A DNA stretch of 64,000 nt from an uncultured Thermoplasmata archaeon (GTDB lineage: Archaea; Thermoplasmatota; Thermoplasmata; RBG-16-68-12): positions 32,001-96,000 of the forward strand of contig CAVYJM010000021.1 in assembly GCA_963768855.1 (NCBI GenBank), read 5' to 3'. The position numbers and the translations under genes were made by a program. This document shows positions 36,580 to 45,380 of this stretch, piece after piece. The first letter of the stretch is position 1; each line of letters starts with the position of its first letter. The notes below the pieces were generated by a model. The model worked only from the letters and a program-made list of their open reading frames with translations. It searched no databases and was not told the DNA's origin.

Positions 36580-37764
36580 ATGACCGCATACCGCGTCACT
36601 CTCCGTGCTCCCGCCACCGGACCCATCGCGGAGCTGACGCGGGTGCATCCGGGGCTCTGCGTCGAGGGCACGCCGGTGGGGAACCTCCTCCTGCTCCGGC
36701 TCTCCGGCGACTCGGGCACGATCGACGACGCCGAGCAGACCCTCGCCACGCACATGGTCACCCGGCACGAGACGAAAGAGTCGGATGTCCTGACGCTCGT
36801 CGTGGAGGCGCCGCCCTCCGACGTCGGAATCCTTGAGCGCTCGATCGCCGCGGACGCGCTCGTCCTGCCGCCGCTCCGGTGGTGCGGTTCGCAGGTCCTC
36901 ATCCGGCTCCTGCTCTTCGAACAGGTCCGGATGGACGTGCTCTCGGAGATCCTTCCTGGCGCGCAGCTCGAGTCCAAGTCCGTTCTGCACGGCAACGAGG
37001 TCGAGCGGGAGCTGCTGGCCTCCGGACTCCTGCTGCCCTCCCTCACCCGACGGCAGGGCCAGGCCGTCCTCGCCGCCCTGGAGTCGGGCTACTACGATGC
37101 CCCGCGGAAGGTGACGACGGGCGAAGTCGCCTCGGATCTCGGCATCGCTCGCAGCACGTTCGAGGAGCACTTGAAGGCCGCTGAGTCCCAGCTCGTGCGG
37201 GCCCTCGCGCCCGTCGTGCGGATGCGGCTCCTCCAGGCGGAGCAGGGACCCGAGGCGGCCGGTGCGGAGGCCCTCCACCTCTACGCGAAGTTCTCCGAGG
37301 ACCTCGGCCTCTTCGTGAACATGACCGTCCGCGGCGACCGCATCGCGGCCGTGACGATCGCGCCGAAGCCCCCGGTGGAGCCGCACGGCGAGGACCATCC
37401 CTATCTGTCGCGGATCCTCGAGCATCTCGCGACCGGCCGCGACGATCTGCAAGACATCCCGCTGGATCTCGATGTGACCCCCTTCGAGCAGAAGGTGCTC
37501 GAGTGCCTGCGCACGGTCCCCTCCGGCGAGGTCGTCACCTATGGCGACCTGGCGCGGCTCATCGGACGGCCGAAGGCCTCGAGGGCCGTCGGCCAGGTCT
37601 GCGCGAAGAACCCCGCGATCCTGGTCGTGCCCTGCCACCGGGTCGTTCCGTCTGCGGGCGGCGTGGGGAACTACGGAGGAGCGGGCGGCTCTGCGACGAA
37701 GCGCAAGCTCCTCGAGAAAGAGGGCGCGCTCCCGAAGGTCGAAGGCGTGAAGCCTCTCGACTGA
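36580..37764 (+). CDS. Bat-type HTH_10 regulator fused to methylated-DNA-protein-cysteine methyltransferase (Ogt/MGMT)
   Basis: LTRRQ..AV.AALESGYYD.PRKVTTGEVASDLGIARSTFEEHLKAAE (HTH_10); TPFEQKV...VP.GEVVTYG.LA..IG.PKASRAVG, NP..ILVPCHRVV, G.YGG.GG...KRKLLEKE (Ogt, active Cys352). Confidence 0.92.
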   Translation: MTAYRVTLRAPATGPIAELTRVHPGLCVEGTPVGNLLLLRLSGDSGTIDDAEQTLATHMVTRHETKESDVLTLVVEAPPSDVGILERSIAADALVLPPLRWCGSQVLIRLLLFEQVRMDVLSEILPGAQLESKSVLHGNEVERELLASGLLLPSLTRRQGQAVLAALESGYYDAPRKVTTGEVASDLGIARSTFEEHLKAAESQLVRALAPVVRMRLLQAEQGPEAAGAEALHLYAKFSEDLGLFVNMTVRGDRIAAVTIAPKPPVEPHGEDHPYLSRILEHLATGRDDLQDIPLDLDVTPFEQKVLECLRTVPSGEVVTYGDLARLIGRPKASRAVGQVCAKNPAILVVPCHRVVPSAGGVGNYGGAGGSATKRKLLEKEGALPKVEGVKPLD

Positions 37765-37880
37765 ATGGGATCTGCCACAGCGCCTCCGCACTTCTGGTTT
37801 GGCCCCCCGTACGACGGCTTCCGTCGCACCCGTCACATGCCGGCCCAATCCGTAAGGAGTCCGGAGGTCTCGTCGTTTCC

Positions 37881-38330
37881 ATGCTACCCATGCCTCCGAG
37901 CGGGACTTGGTTGTCCCGAGTGCGATACGACCGTTCCTCCCTGGAACTCAACGCCTACATGCGCGACGAGTGGAGATCGAACCCGGACTGGCTCGTCCGG
38001 CGTCCGCTGCGGCGGGATGGCTCCCTCTGGAGTCGGCTGCGCCGGTGGTTCGTTGTCCGTGCCAGGGAGCCGGCGCGATTGCGGGTGGGTCTTTCGGATC
38101 CCGCACCCTCGGACTGGCTCGCGCGCGCGGATGCCTGCCCGCACCTCGTGACGGAAGACCTCGGCCTCGGAACCCAGGCGCAGTTCCTGCGTTGCACGGA
38201 GTGCGGGGACGTCCTGGTCCTCCATGCCGGGCGCGAGTGGCACGTCGGCTCTGCGGCTGAACCCTCTCCGAAGGAGCCGGCCGCTGGAGAACTCCGTCCC
38301 GCGTCGCTGGAGGAGCTGCCGGAATGCTAG
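37881..38330 (+). CDS. Hypothetical protein with possible zinc ribbon (CPH...CTEC)
   Basis: GGAGGT upstream; C-P-H and C-T-E-C motifs. Confidence 0.45.
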   Translation: MLPMPPSGTWLSRVRYDRSSLELNAYMRDEWRSNPDWLVRRPLRRDGSLWSRLRRWFVVRAREPARLRVGLSDPAPSDWLARADACPHLVTEDLGLGTQAQFLRCTECGDVLVLHAGREWHVGSAAEPSPKEPAAGELRPASLEELPEC

Positions 38331-38346
38331 AGGCGGCGGTCCGGAC

Positions 38347-39552
38347 TCAAACGGCCCCGCTCGCGGCCCAGTAGGCGGCCAGGAAGTCCATCCAGCCGGC
38401 GCTCGGGAACGCGAACGCTGCATAGTACCCCGGTACCTCCTTCGCATGGTTCGGGAGCGCGATGCCGATGCCGTTGAGCTGGTGGTCCGTCGTCTTCGTG
38501 GCCTGGAGGGCGACGACTGTGGCGTCCACATTGGCGGCCACGAGGGCGCACGCGTTCTGGATTGCCGCCGAGTTCGTTGCAGCTCCGAGCCGCTGCGCGA
38601 AGGTCTTGAGGTCCACGAGGTTGAGGGCGTTGGCCCCGTAGCTGTACACGGCGTCGGCCCGCGCCTTGGATATGAGGTCCGCGTTCGACTTCATGTCGGG
38701 CATCAGCAGGTTCCCGAGCCGGAGCACGGACGCGCCGAGGGCCGGAATCGTGCTCAGGTCAATGGCGGCGTGGGCGTTGATCTCCTCGCCGCTGTGCGGC
38801 GCGGCGCTCAGGAGCCGCTGGGTCTCCTCAATCATCATCGTCGCCGCCTGCCGGGCGCTCAGAGCCGGATGGTCCACGAGCGCCTGCAACGTCCAGTCGT
38901 AGGGGAATCCCCGCCACCCGGTGTACGTCTCCGCGGCGACCAGATAGTCTGTTCGGAGTCCGAGGGCGACGTATTCGTAGGCGACCTCGAGCTGCGCGAC
39001 GAGGCACTCGTCCGCGGCGATCACGTCGACGTGGTATCCGTCGAGGGCCTGGACGACCTCCTGGTGTGTCAAGCGATCCGAGCCGCCGGCCGGTCCCGCG
39101 TGCTCATCGAAGGCCACGTAGTCCGGGGAACCGTGGTCCCAGAAGATCAGGAGCGTGTGGTCGGGCCGCGCCGCCGCGGATGCGTATGCGACGAAGCTGC
39201 GCAGGGTGCCCGGATCTCCCATGTTCGCCTCCTGGCCATCGAGGGCGAACGGAGTCTGTTCCACCAGGGCGCCTTTCTCGACCCGGAACAGGTTCGTGGG
39301 TCCGGCGTAGCGGTCCACCAGGACGTAGACGGCCACCTCGGGCGTCGATCCGACCGACATGAGCTCGTCGAGATCGCTCTGCACGACCGGCACATGGTGC
39401 GCGCCCGCGTACACATCCAGGCTGTTGTCGGCATCGAGGTATAGGAGGTACAGCCACTTCGCGTGCGGTTGTGTTGCGCTCGCCGCGGGGACGAACACGA
39501 CCGCAGTCGCCAAGACCAGCACGACGAACGCCAACGCGATGCGCTTCGCCAT
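38347..39552 (-). CDS. Secreted clostripain-related (C11) cysteine peptidase
   Basis: Signal peptide; W...LYLDADNSL, EANMGDP.TL..F, LIFWDHG (His), DVIAADECL (Cys), LEVAYE, VAAE. Confidence 0.85.
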   Translation of the reverse strand: MAKRIALAFVVLVLATAVVFVPAASATQPHAKWLYLLYLDADNSLDVYAGAHHVPVVQSDLDELMSVGSTPEVAVYVLVDRYAGPTNLFRVEKGALVEQTPFALDGQEANMGDPGTLRSFVAYASAAARPDHTLLIFWDHGSPDYVAFDEHAGPAGGSDRLTHQEVVQALDGYHVDVIAADECLVAQLEVAYEYVALGLRTDYLVAAETYTGWRGFPYDWTLQALVDHPALSARQAATMMIEETQRLLSAAPHSGEEINAHAAIDLSTIPALGASVLRLGNLLMPDMKSNADLISKARADAVYSYGANALNLVDLKTFAQRLGAATNSAAIQNACALVAANVDATVVALQATKTTDHQLNGIGIALPNHAKEVPGYYAAFAFPSAGWMDFLAAYWAASGAV

Positions 39553-39735
39553 CCGCCCCTTCCTCCTGCCGTTCGCACGGAAGGCGGATGCCCTCCGTAC
39601 GGGTTGGCTGGGCATCGGGGTGGGCGTAGATGGTCCCTGCCTACTTACCGTACGGCGTCGGGTAGATGTCCGCGGCTTCCCCGGGGCGGGAGAGAACCTT
39701 TAACCTTCCACTCCGAATCCCCAATAGGGGTGCAC

Positions 39736-40866
39736 ATGAAGATCGAACCGTTCACGATGGAGCGGTACCAGTCCGTCTACGAGTACATCGTCGAGTACGA
39801 CCTCGCGGAGAGCGGCGTCCATCCCCTCACCCTGCGCGAACTCCTCGGATCCGAGGAGGCGGCTGAGACGCTCCTCGATGCGCGCCTCGGCTATCCCCAG
39901 TCCGAGGGGACGCCGGAGTTGCGGGCGACGATCGCAGCCCTGTATCCCGGCGCGGCGACCGAGAACGTCCTCGCCACGAACGGGTCCTCCGAGGCGATCT
40001 TCTGCGCGGCGTGGCGGCTCCTCGAGAAGGGCGACGAGATCGTCCTGATGCAGCCGAACTACCAGCAGCTCTGGGGGCTCGCGAAGACGTGGGGCGTGAA
40101 GGTGAAGCCCCTGTGGCTCAAGGAGGAGCTTGGCTGGCAGTTCGACCCGGAGGAGCTGAAACGCCTCGTCACGAAGAAGACCAGGGCCGTCCAGGTCTGC
40201 AACCCGAACAACCCGACCGGCGCGATCATGGCCGCGCCCCAGCGGAAGGCGCTGCTCGACGCGGTCGAGGACGCGGGCACCTGGCTCCTCTCCGACGAGG
40301 TGTACCAGGGAGCGGAGCGGGAGGCGCCCCGGACGAAGAGCCTCTGGGGCTCTCACGACCGGACGCTCGTCACGAACGGACTGAGCAAGGCGTACGGCCT
40401 CCCGGGCTTGCGGATCGGCTGGCTCGTCGGTCCTCCGAAGATGATCGAGGAGCTCATGGCCTACCACGACTACCTCACGCTCACGCCGACAATGTTGTCG
40501 GACCGCCTCGCGCGGACCGTCCTCGAGAGGCGGCGGCGGGAGGAGATCCTCCTCCGCACGCGCGACATCCTCCGCAAGAACTACCCGGCCGTGCGGGACT
40601 GGATCGAGGCTCATGGCTCCCTCTTCTCCCATGTGCCGCCCGCCGCGGGCGCGATCTGCTACCTCCGCTACGGGCTGAAGATCAACTCGACCGAGCTCGT
40701 CGAGCGCCTCCGAAAGGAGAAGTCCGTGCTCCTCGTGCCCGGCGACATGTTCGGGATGGACGGCTACGTGCGGATCGGGATCGGCCCGCCAACGGAGTAC
40801 CTGCTCGCCGGGCTCGACCGGTTCGACGCTCTCCTGCGGGAGCTGAAGGCCGGCAAGACGAGGTGA
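39736..40866 (+). CDS. PLP-dependent aminotransferase class I/II (VioD-like subgroup)
   Basis: YDLAESGV, LGY...G..ELR..IA, NPNNPTG, DEVY, LSKAYGLPGLRIGW, RIG.G. Confidence 0.9.
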   Translation: MKIEPFTMERYQSVYEYIVEYDLAESGVHPLTLRELLGSEEAAETLLDARLGYPQSEGTPELRATIAALYPGAATENVLATNGSSEAIFCAAWRLLEKGDEIVLMQPNYQQLWGLAKTWGVKVKPLWLKEELGWQFDPEELKRLVTKKTRAVQVCNPNNPTGAIMAAPQRKALLDAVEDAGTWLLSDEVYQGAEREAPRTKSLWGSHDRTLVTNGLSKAYGLPGLRIGWLVGPPKMIEELMAYHDYLTLTPTMLSDRLARTVLERRRREEILLRTRDILRKNYPAVRDWIEAHGSLFSHVPPAAGAICYLRYGLKINSTELVERLRKEKSVLLVPGDMFGMDGYVRIGIGPPTEYLLAGLDRFDALLRELKAGKTR

Positions 40867-40868
40867 CC

Positions 40869-41858
40869 ATGGTCGAGATCCGCCTTCTCCTCGAATCGGA
40901 GATCCGCAGCCTCCTGGGGCCGAAAGAAGCGTTCGAGGCCGTGCGCGAGGCGTTCGTGAAGCTCGCCCGCGGCGAGGTCGTCCTCCCGGGCATCCTCGGC
41001 ATCGACATCCCCGAGACTCGGACGGAGGCCCACGTCAAGGGCGCGTTCCTCCGAGGAGCGCCGTACTTCTCGGTGAAGGCGGCCTCCGGATCCTACGACA
41101 ACCCGACGCGGGGGCTCCCGGTGAGCGGCGGCCTCGTGATGGTCTTCGACTCGACGACGGGGCTTCCCCGGGCGATTCTCTTCGACAACGGTTACCTGAC
41201 GGACGTGCGGACCGGGGCCGCGGGCGCGCTCGCCGCCGACCTTCTGGCCAAGAAGGAGGTGGACCGCGTCGGGATCATCGGGGTCGGGACCCAGGCGCGC
41301 TACCAGATGGCGGCCCTGCTCGGCGTGCGCCGCCCCAGGACCGTGCTCGCCTACGGCCGGTCGACCGTGAAGGCGGCCGCGTACGCGCGGGAGGTGGAAG
41401 CGCGCCATGGGGTCCGCGTCACGGTCGCGCCCACGATGGAGAAGGCCGTGCGCGGGTCGGATATCGTGATGACCGTGACCCCGTCGACCCAGCCTCTCGT
41501 CCAGGCGGACTGGGTGCAGGACGGGACGCACATCACCGCGGTCGGCTCGGACGGGCCCAACAAACAGGAGCTCGACATCCGCGTCCTCCAGAAGGCGGAC
41601 AAGATCGTCGCCGATCACCTGGAGCAGTGCCTCCAGTTCGGCGAGATCCACCATGCGGTCGAGGCGGGGGTCCTACGGAAGGAGGATGTCTACGGGGAAC
41701 TGGGCGAGATCGCCGCGGGGATGAAGCCCGGCCGCGAGTCCGACGACGAGATCACGATCGCGGACCTCACTGGAGTGGGCGTGCAGGACACGGCCGTGGC
41801 GAACCGGGTCGTCGAGGAAGCCATGCGCCGCGGCCTCGGCCGGATCCTCGAGGTCTGA
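40869..41858 (+). CDS. Ornithine cyclodeaminase / mu-crystallin family protein
   Basis: LTDVRTGAAGA, G.GTQA, HITAVGSD...KQEL, GEL, TIADLTGVGVQD. Confidence 0.9.
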   Translation: MVEIRLLLESEIRSLLGPKEAFEAVREAFVKLARGEVVLPGILGIDIPETRTEAHVKGAFLRGAPYFSVKAASGSYDNPTRGLPVSGGLVMVFDSTTGLPRAILFDNGYLTDVRTGAAGALAADLLAKKEVDRVGIIGVGTQARYQMAALLGVRRPRTVLAYGRSTVKAAAYAREVEARHGVRVTVAPTMEKAVRGSDIVMTVTPSTQPLVQADWVQDGTHITAVGSDGPNKQELDIRVLQKADKIVADHLEQCLQFGEIHHAVEAGVLRKEDVYGELGEIAAGMKPGRESDDEITIADLTGVGVQDTAVANRVVEEAMRRGLGRILEV

Positions 41859-41875
41859 TCCGCCGGATCACCGCT

Positions 41876-43222
41876 TCAGATCGCCGAGAGGCCGCGTGCC
41901 TTCAACGCCTCGCGGATCTCGCCCGCCGCGCGAACTCCGGAATCGAGCGCGCCATGCACCGTGGCGTATTCGCCCGCGAAGTGGGCAGACTCCCCGGCGA
42001 AGAAGAGCACGCCCTCGATGGGTTCCGCCAGGATGCGACGTTGCTCGATCCCGCCGCCGACCTTCGGGAACGTGTAGCCGCCGCGGACGTCTGGGTCGGC
42101 GGACCAGTCGATGTACCTCGCGGCGATCAGGTGCGAGCGGAGCTCCGCTCCCGGGACCATGGACTCGAGTTCGCGGACGATGGCGTCGACGACTTCTGAC
42201 TCGGGCCGGCCCGAGAGCGCGATCGCGCGCCGGCCCGACAGGAATCCCTCGAGGACCACGGGCAGGTCCTTCCTCCCGTGATACGGGAAGAAGAACCAGG
42301 ATCCCTCCGTGGATGCGGCCGAGGTGGCCCGCCCGAGGACCGTGCGCCGGACCCCGGCGTCGAAAACGAGGAGGATCTTGTCCGCATGACCGAATCCGAG
42401 GGCATTCACCGCGCCCAACTTCCGCTCCGGCAGTTCCGGGACGAAGTCGATGGCCTTGGCCTGGAGGACTCCGAGGGAGACCGTGACGACCACCGCGGCC
42501 CCTTCGAACGTCTCCGGGCCCGCGGGTCCCGTGGCCTGCACCCGGACGCCTTCCTTCGTCCACTCGATCCGATGGACCCGCGTCTTCAGGCGGATCGCAT
42601 CGGCGAAATCCTTCGCGCGCCGTTTCGCGAGCTTCGCATAGCCTTCGAGGACCTGATAGTTGGCCCACGGGAGGCCGAAGGATTGCGCGTTGGCCTCTTC
42701 GGCGAGGCCCCGGACGCTGACCTCGTCCGGATCCGCCGCGTTGATGCTCGCGTACATCGCCCCGACGAACTTGCGGGCGGTAGGCAGGGCGTGCTCGGCC
42801 TCCAGGAAGCGGTCCAGGGTGATGTCCGGGCCGGCGTAACGCGCGACCGCCTTCGGGAGCCGGCGGAGGGTCTGGAAGGAGGACCGGAGCGGCTCGAGCC
42901 CACTCAGCGCGACGCCGAGGGAGCTGCGGAGCTTCCCCTTCAGGAAGAACCGCGCCCCGCGGAACTCGGGCACTTTCTTCGTCGTGAGGCCGAACTCCTC
43001 GATCCAGCGGAGCACGGAGGCGTCGCTGCCGTGCACCATCATCGCGCCGCCCTCGATCGGGTGGCCGTCGAGGAGATCGTACTCCGTCCGCACCCGGCCG
43101 CCGACGCGGTCCTTCGACTCGAGGATGACGAATGGGATGCCGGCCTGCTTCAGAGTATGGGCGCATCCGAGCCCGGCGAATCCGGCGCCGACGATGATGA
43201 CCTTCGGCTTCTCGGCGGACGT
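41876..43222 (-). CDS. Flavin monoamine oxidase family protein (probable ACG start, or frameshifted 5' end)
   Basis: In frame upstream of the ORF-track GTG (43093): KVIIVGAGFAGL...ILESKDRVGGRV. Also VTVSLGVL, DW..DP..RGGY, FFAGE, TVHGAL.SG.RAA. Confidence 0.88.
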   Translation of the reverse strand, partial: TSAEKPKVIIVGAGFAGLGCAHTLKQAGIPFVILESKDRVGGRVRTEYDLLDGHPIEGGAMMVHGSDASVLRWIEEFGLTTKKVPEFRGARFFLKGKLRSSLGVALSGLEPLRSSFQTLRRLPKAVARYAGPDITLDRFLEAEHALPTARKFVGAMYASINAADPDEVSVRGLAEEANAQSFGLPWANYQVLEGYAKLAKRRAKDFADAIRLKTRVHRIEWTKEGVRVQATGPAGPETFEGAAVVVTVSLGVLQAKAIDFVPELPERKLGAVNALGFGHADKILLVFDAGVRRTVLGRATSAASTEGSWFFFPYHGRKDLPVVLEGFLSGRRAIALSGRPESEVVDAIVRELESMVPGAELRSHLIAARYIDWSADPDVRGGYTFPKVGGGIEQRRILAEPIEGVLFFAGESAHFAGEYATVHGALDSGVRAAGEIREALKARGLSAI

Positions 43223-43319
43223 GTTCTCCCTGCCGAGGCGGGAACGCGGATGGATGTATTACCTCTCCTGTCCGGGAGTCCCTCATCCCCCCTCACTGAA
43301 ACGCGTGAGGTTTAAGTAG

Positions 43320-43343
43320 ATAATTCAACATGTGTTGAATTAT
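43320..43343. promoter_or_regulatory. 24-bp palindromic operator (probable TetR site)
   Basis: ATAATTCAACA-TG-TGTTGAATTAT, 11-bp perfect arms, between TATA-like TTTAAGTA (43311) and ATG 43342. Confidence 0.75.
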
Positions 43344-43833
43344 GTCCATATCCGACCGGGGAAAAGAACGCTCCCGTTCCCGGAACCGACTGCGGTCCCA
43401 GATTGCACCGTGGGCATGGGCGCTCCTCGCCCTGCTCCTGCTCCAGAACATCCTCGGAATCTACCTCAACCTGTTCGTTGCGCTGCCGGCGTCCCAGGAC
43501 CTCGCCGCCCTCCTCGCCTCCTACTCGGTCCTGGCGATGCACGTGACCGTGGGGTTCCTGATTCTCGCCACCGCAGGTGTCATCCTCTTCCTCGGCGCCC
43601 GCACCCACCGCGGGGCCCTCTGGATCCCCGCCCTCGCCGCGCTCGTGTTCGCCCTCCTTGCGTTCTCGACCGGCGTCGAGTTCACCATCGGAGGTCAGGA
43701 TGACGTCCTCTCCTTCCTCATGGAGATCGCGTTCCTCGGCGTCGTCGGGTCCGACGTCCTCGTGCTCTATGCAGCGAGCCGGTCCCGCTCGCCACGCGAC
43801 GCGGCGACCTCATCGCTATCCGTCGAAGAGTGA
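43342..43833 (+). CDS. Four-TM membrane protein, cotranscribed with TetR
   Basis: Four hydrophobic helices; probably leaderless start. Confidence 0.65.
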   Translation: MSISDRGKERSRSRNRLRSQIAPWAWALLALLLLQNILGIYLNLFVALPASQDLAALLASYSVLAMHVTVGFLILATAGVILFLGARTHRGALWIPALAALVFALLAFSTGVEFTIGGQDDVLSFLMEIAFLGVVGSDVLVLYAASRSRSPRDAATSSLSVEE

Positions 43834-43841
43834 GGTGGATC

Positions 43842-44456
43842 ATGGGGGCGTCCTCGCGCACGCGGTCCGGGAAGCGCGGACGGAGGCCGAAGGGAACCGG
43901 GGATCCGCGGAAGGACATCCTGGATGCGGCCCTCCGGGAGTTCGCGAAGCGCGGCTACGATCAAGCGACCGTCCGCGCAATCGCAGAGGATGCCCAGGTC
44001 GACCCTGCCCTGGTGTATCACTACTTCGGATCGAAGGAGGGCCTGTTCCTCGAATCGATGCGAACCCAGATGCGCAGGCCGACCTCGTCGGAGTTGCCAT
44101 CCTCCGAGCCGCCCGCGAAGCAGGCTCAGCGCGTCGTGGGCCTCTTCCTGGAGCGGTGGGGGGGTGCCCGGGAGCCGACGCCCCTCCTGGCGCTGCTACG
44201 GTCCGCCGCCTCCGACCCGAAGGCCGCAGCTCTCCTCCGGCGCCTGTTCGCCGAGCAGATCACCCCTCAGGTCTCCGCCTCCCTCCCGAGCAAGGATGTC
44301 GACCTGCGGGTGGCTCTCATCGGATCGACCCTGTTCGGCGTGGCTCTCCTTCGCGACATCGTGCGACTCGAGCCCCTCGTTTCCGCGTCCCCGGAGGATC
44401 TCGCACGATGGATCGGGCCGGTCCTCACCCGGTACATGACCGAGCCCCTCGGCTAG
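43842..44456 (+). CDS. TetR/AcrR family transcriptional regulator (TetR_C_16-like C-terminus)
   Basis: ILDAALREFAKRGYDQATVRAIAEDAQVDPALVYHYFGSKEGLF; LRVALIGSTLFG. Confidence 0.93.
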   Translation: MGASSRTRSGKRGRRPKGTGDPRKDILDAALREFAKRGYDQATVRAIAEDAQVDPALVYHYFGSKEGLFLESMRTQMRRPTSSELPSSEPPAKQAQRVVGLFLERWGGAREPTPLLALLRSAASDPKAAALLRRLFAEQITPQVSASLPSKDVDLRVALIGSTLFGVALLRDIVRLEPLVSASPEDLARWIGPVLTRYMTEPLG

Positions 44457-44569
44457 CTGCGCGTCCCGCAAGAGGGCTTAGCACGTGGACCATCCCGCTC
44501 GTGTTCCCCGAGTCCCTGTGAGTCCTCGGGAAAAGGGTCATCTAGCGCAGCGGTTGTCCCTCTCCGGTC

Positions 44570-44692
44570 ATGGTCGCCCCTTCCGAGTCCCGGCCGCCTT
44601 CCGCCGTCGTGCTCTTCCTGCGGCAGAACTGGAAGTGGCTCCTGATTGTGGTCGCTGCGGCGGTCTTCGTGATGATGGTCGCATCGGACTGA
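44570..44692 (+). CDS. Small single-TM protein (40 aa)
   Basis: Own translation: MVAPSESRPPSAVVLFLRQNWKWLLIVVAAAVFVMMVASD. Confidence 0.45.
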   Translation: MVAPSESRPPSAVVLFLRQNWKWLLIVVAAAVFVMMVASD

Positions 44693-44736
44693 CCGTCGCG
44701 GGGTCGCCCCCGTGCGCACCCTCGGACGCAGGAGGC

Positions 44737-45015
44737 CTAGGGTCCCAGGTGCTTCATGCGCTCGTACTCGCGCTGGGCCGCGTGCTCGACGTAGCCCTCA
44801 CCCGCGAACACGGCCACGAAGTGTCCCACGACACCGATGCCCCAGCCCGCCATCGGAATCCAGAACCAGGGGTATAGACCCAGGCCGCCCGTCATCCACC
44901 ACATCAGGACCAGGAAGGCGTTGACCGCCAGGTAGATCCCAAAGTGGATGAAGAAGCCGGCCTTGTCCTCGGCCCTTTTCCGGGCCTTCAGCCAGACCTT
45001 CTGGTCTTCCTCCAT
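44737..45015 (-). CDS. 2TM domain protein
   Basis: F..HFGIYL.VN.FL..M, PWF..P..GWGIG...H. Confidence 0.85.
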   Translation of the reverse strand: MEEDQKVWLKARKRAEDKAGFFIHFGIYLAVNAFLVLMWWMTGGLGLYPWFWIPMAGWGIGVVGHFVAVFAGEGYVEHAAQREYERMKHLGP

Positions 45016-45119
45016 GATGCGCGCAACTTCGGAGCCCGAGAAAAAGAATCGCTATGTAGAAACCCTACGCGACCCGCCGCAGGGGCGGGATTCGTCGACC
45101 CTTCTCCGTTCGAGATCGG

Positions 45120-45380
45120 TCACGCTCGGAGCAGCACCGCGAGGAAGAGGGCCACGAACGCGACACATCCGACCAGGAACCACGGACGGCTGAACGGCGT
45201 CCCGGTCTTCTCCGAACGGTACAGGTAGGAGACGAGGGCGAAGGCCAGGAGATCCACTCCGAGGAGCGTGGCGAAGGCCGCCTGGCTCGCGGTGTCCGTG
45301 GGGTTGAGTGTATACAGGGTGATCGTCGCACTGACCTGCAGCAGGAGAAGGAGGAGGACGAGGCGATAGGCCAGCCTCAC
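45120..45380 (-). CDS. Small three-TM membrane protein coupled to cytochrome b
   Basis: GTGA overlap with the cytochrome b stop; three hydrophobic segments. Confidence 0.65.
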   Translation of the reverse strand: MRLAYRLVLLLLLLQVSATITLYTLNPTDTASQAAFATLLGVDLLAFALVSYLYRSEKTGTPFSRPWFLVGCVAFVALFLAVLLRA

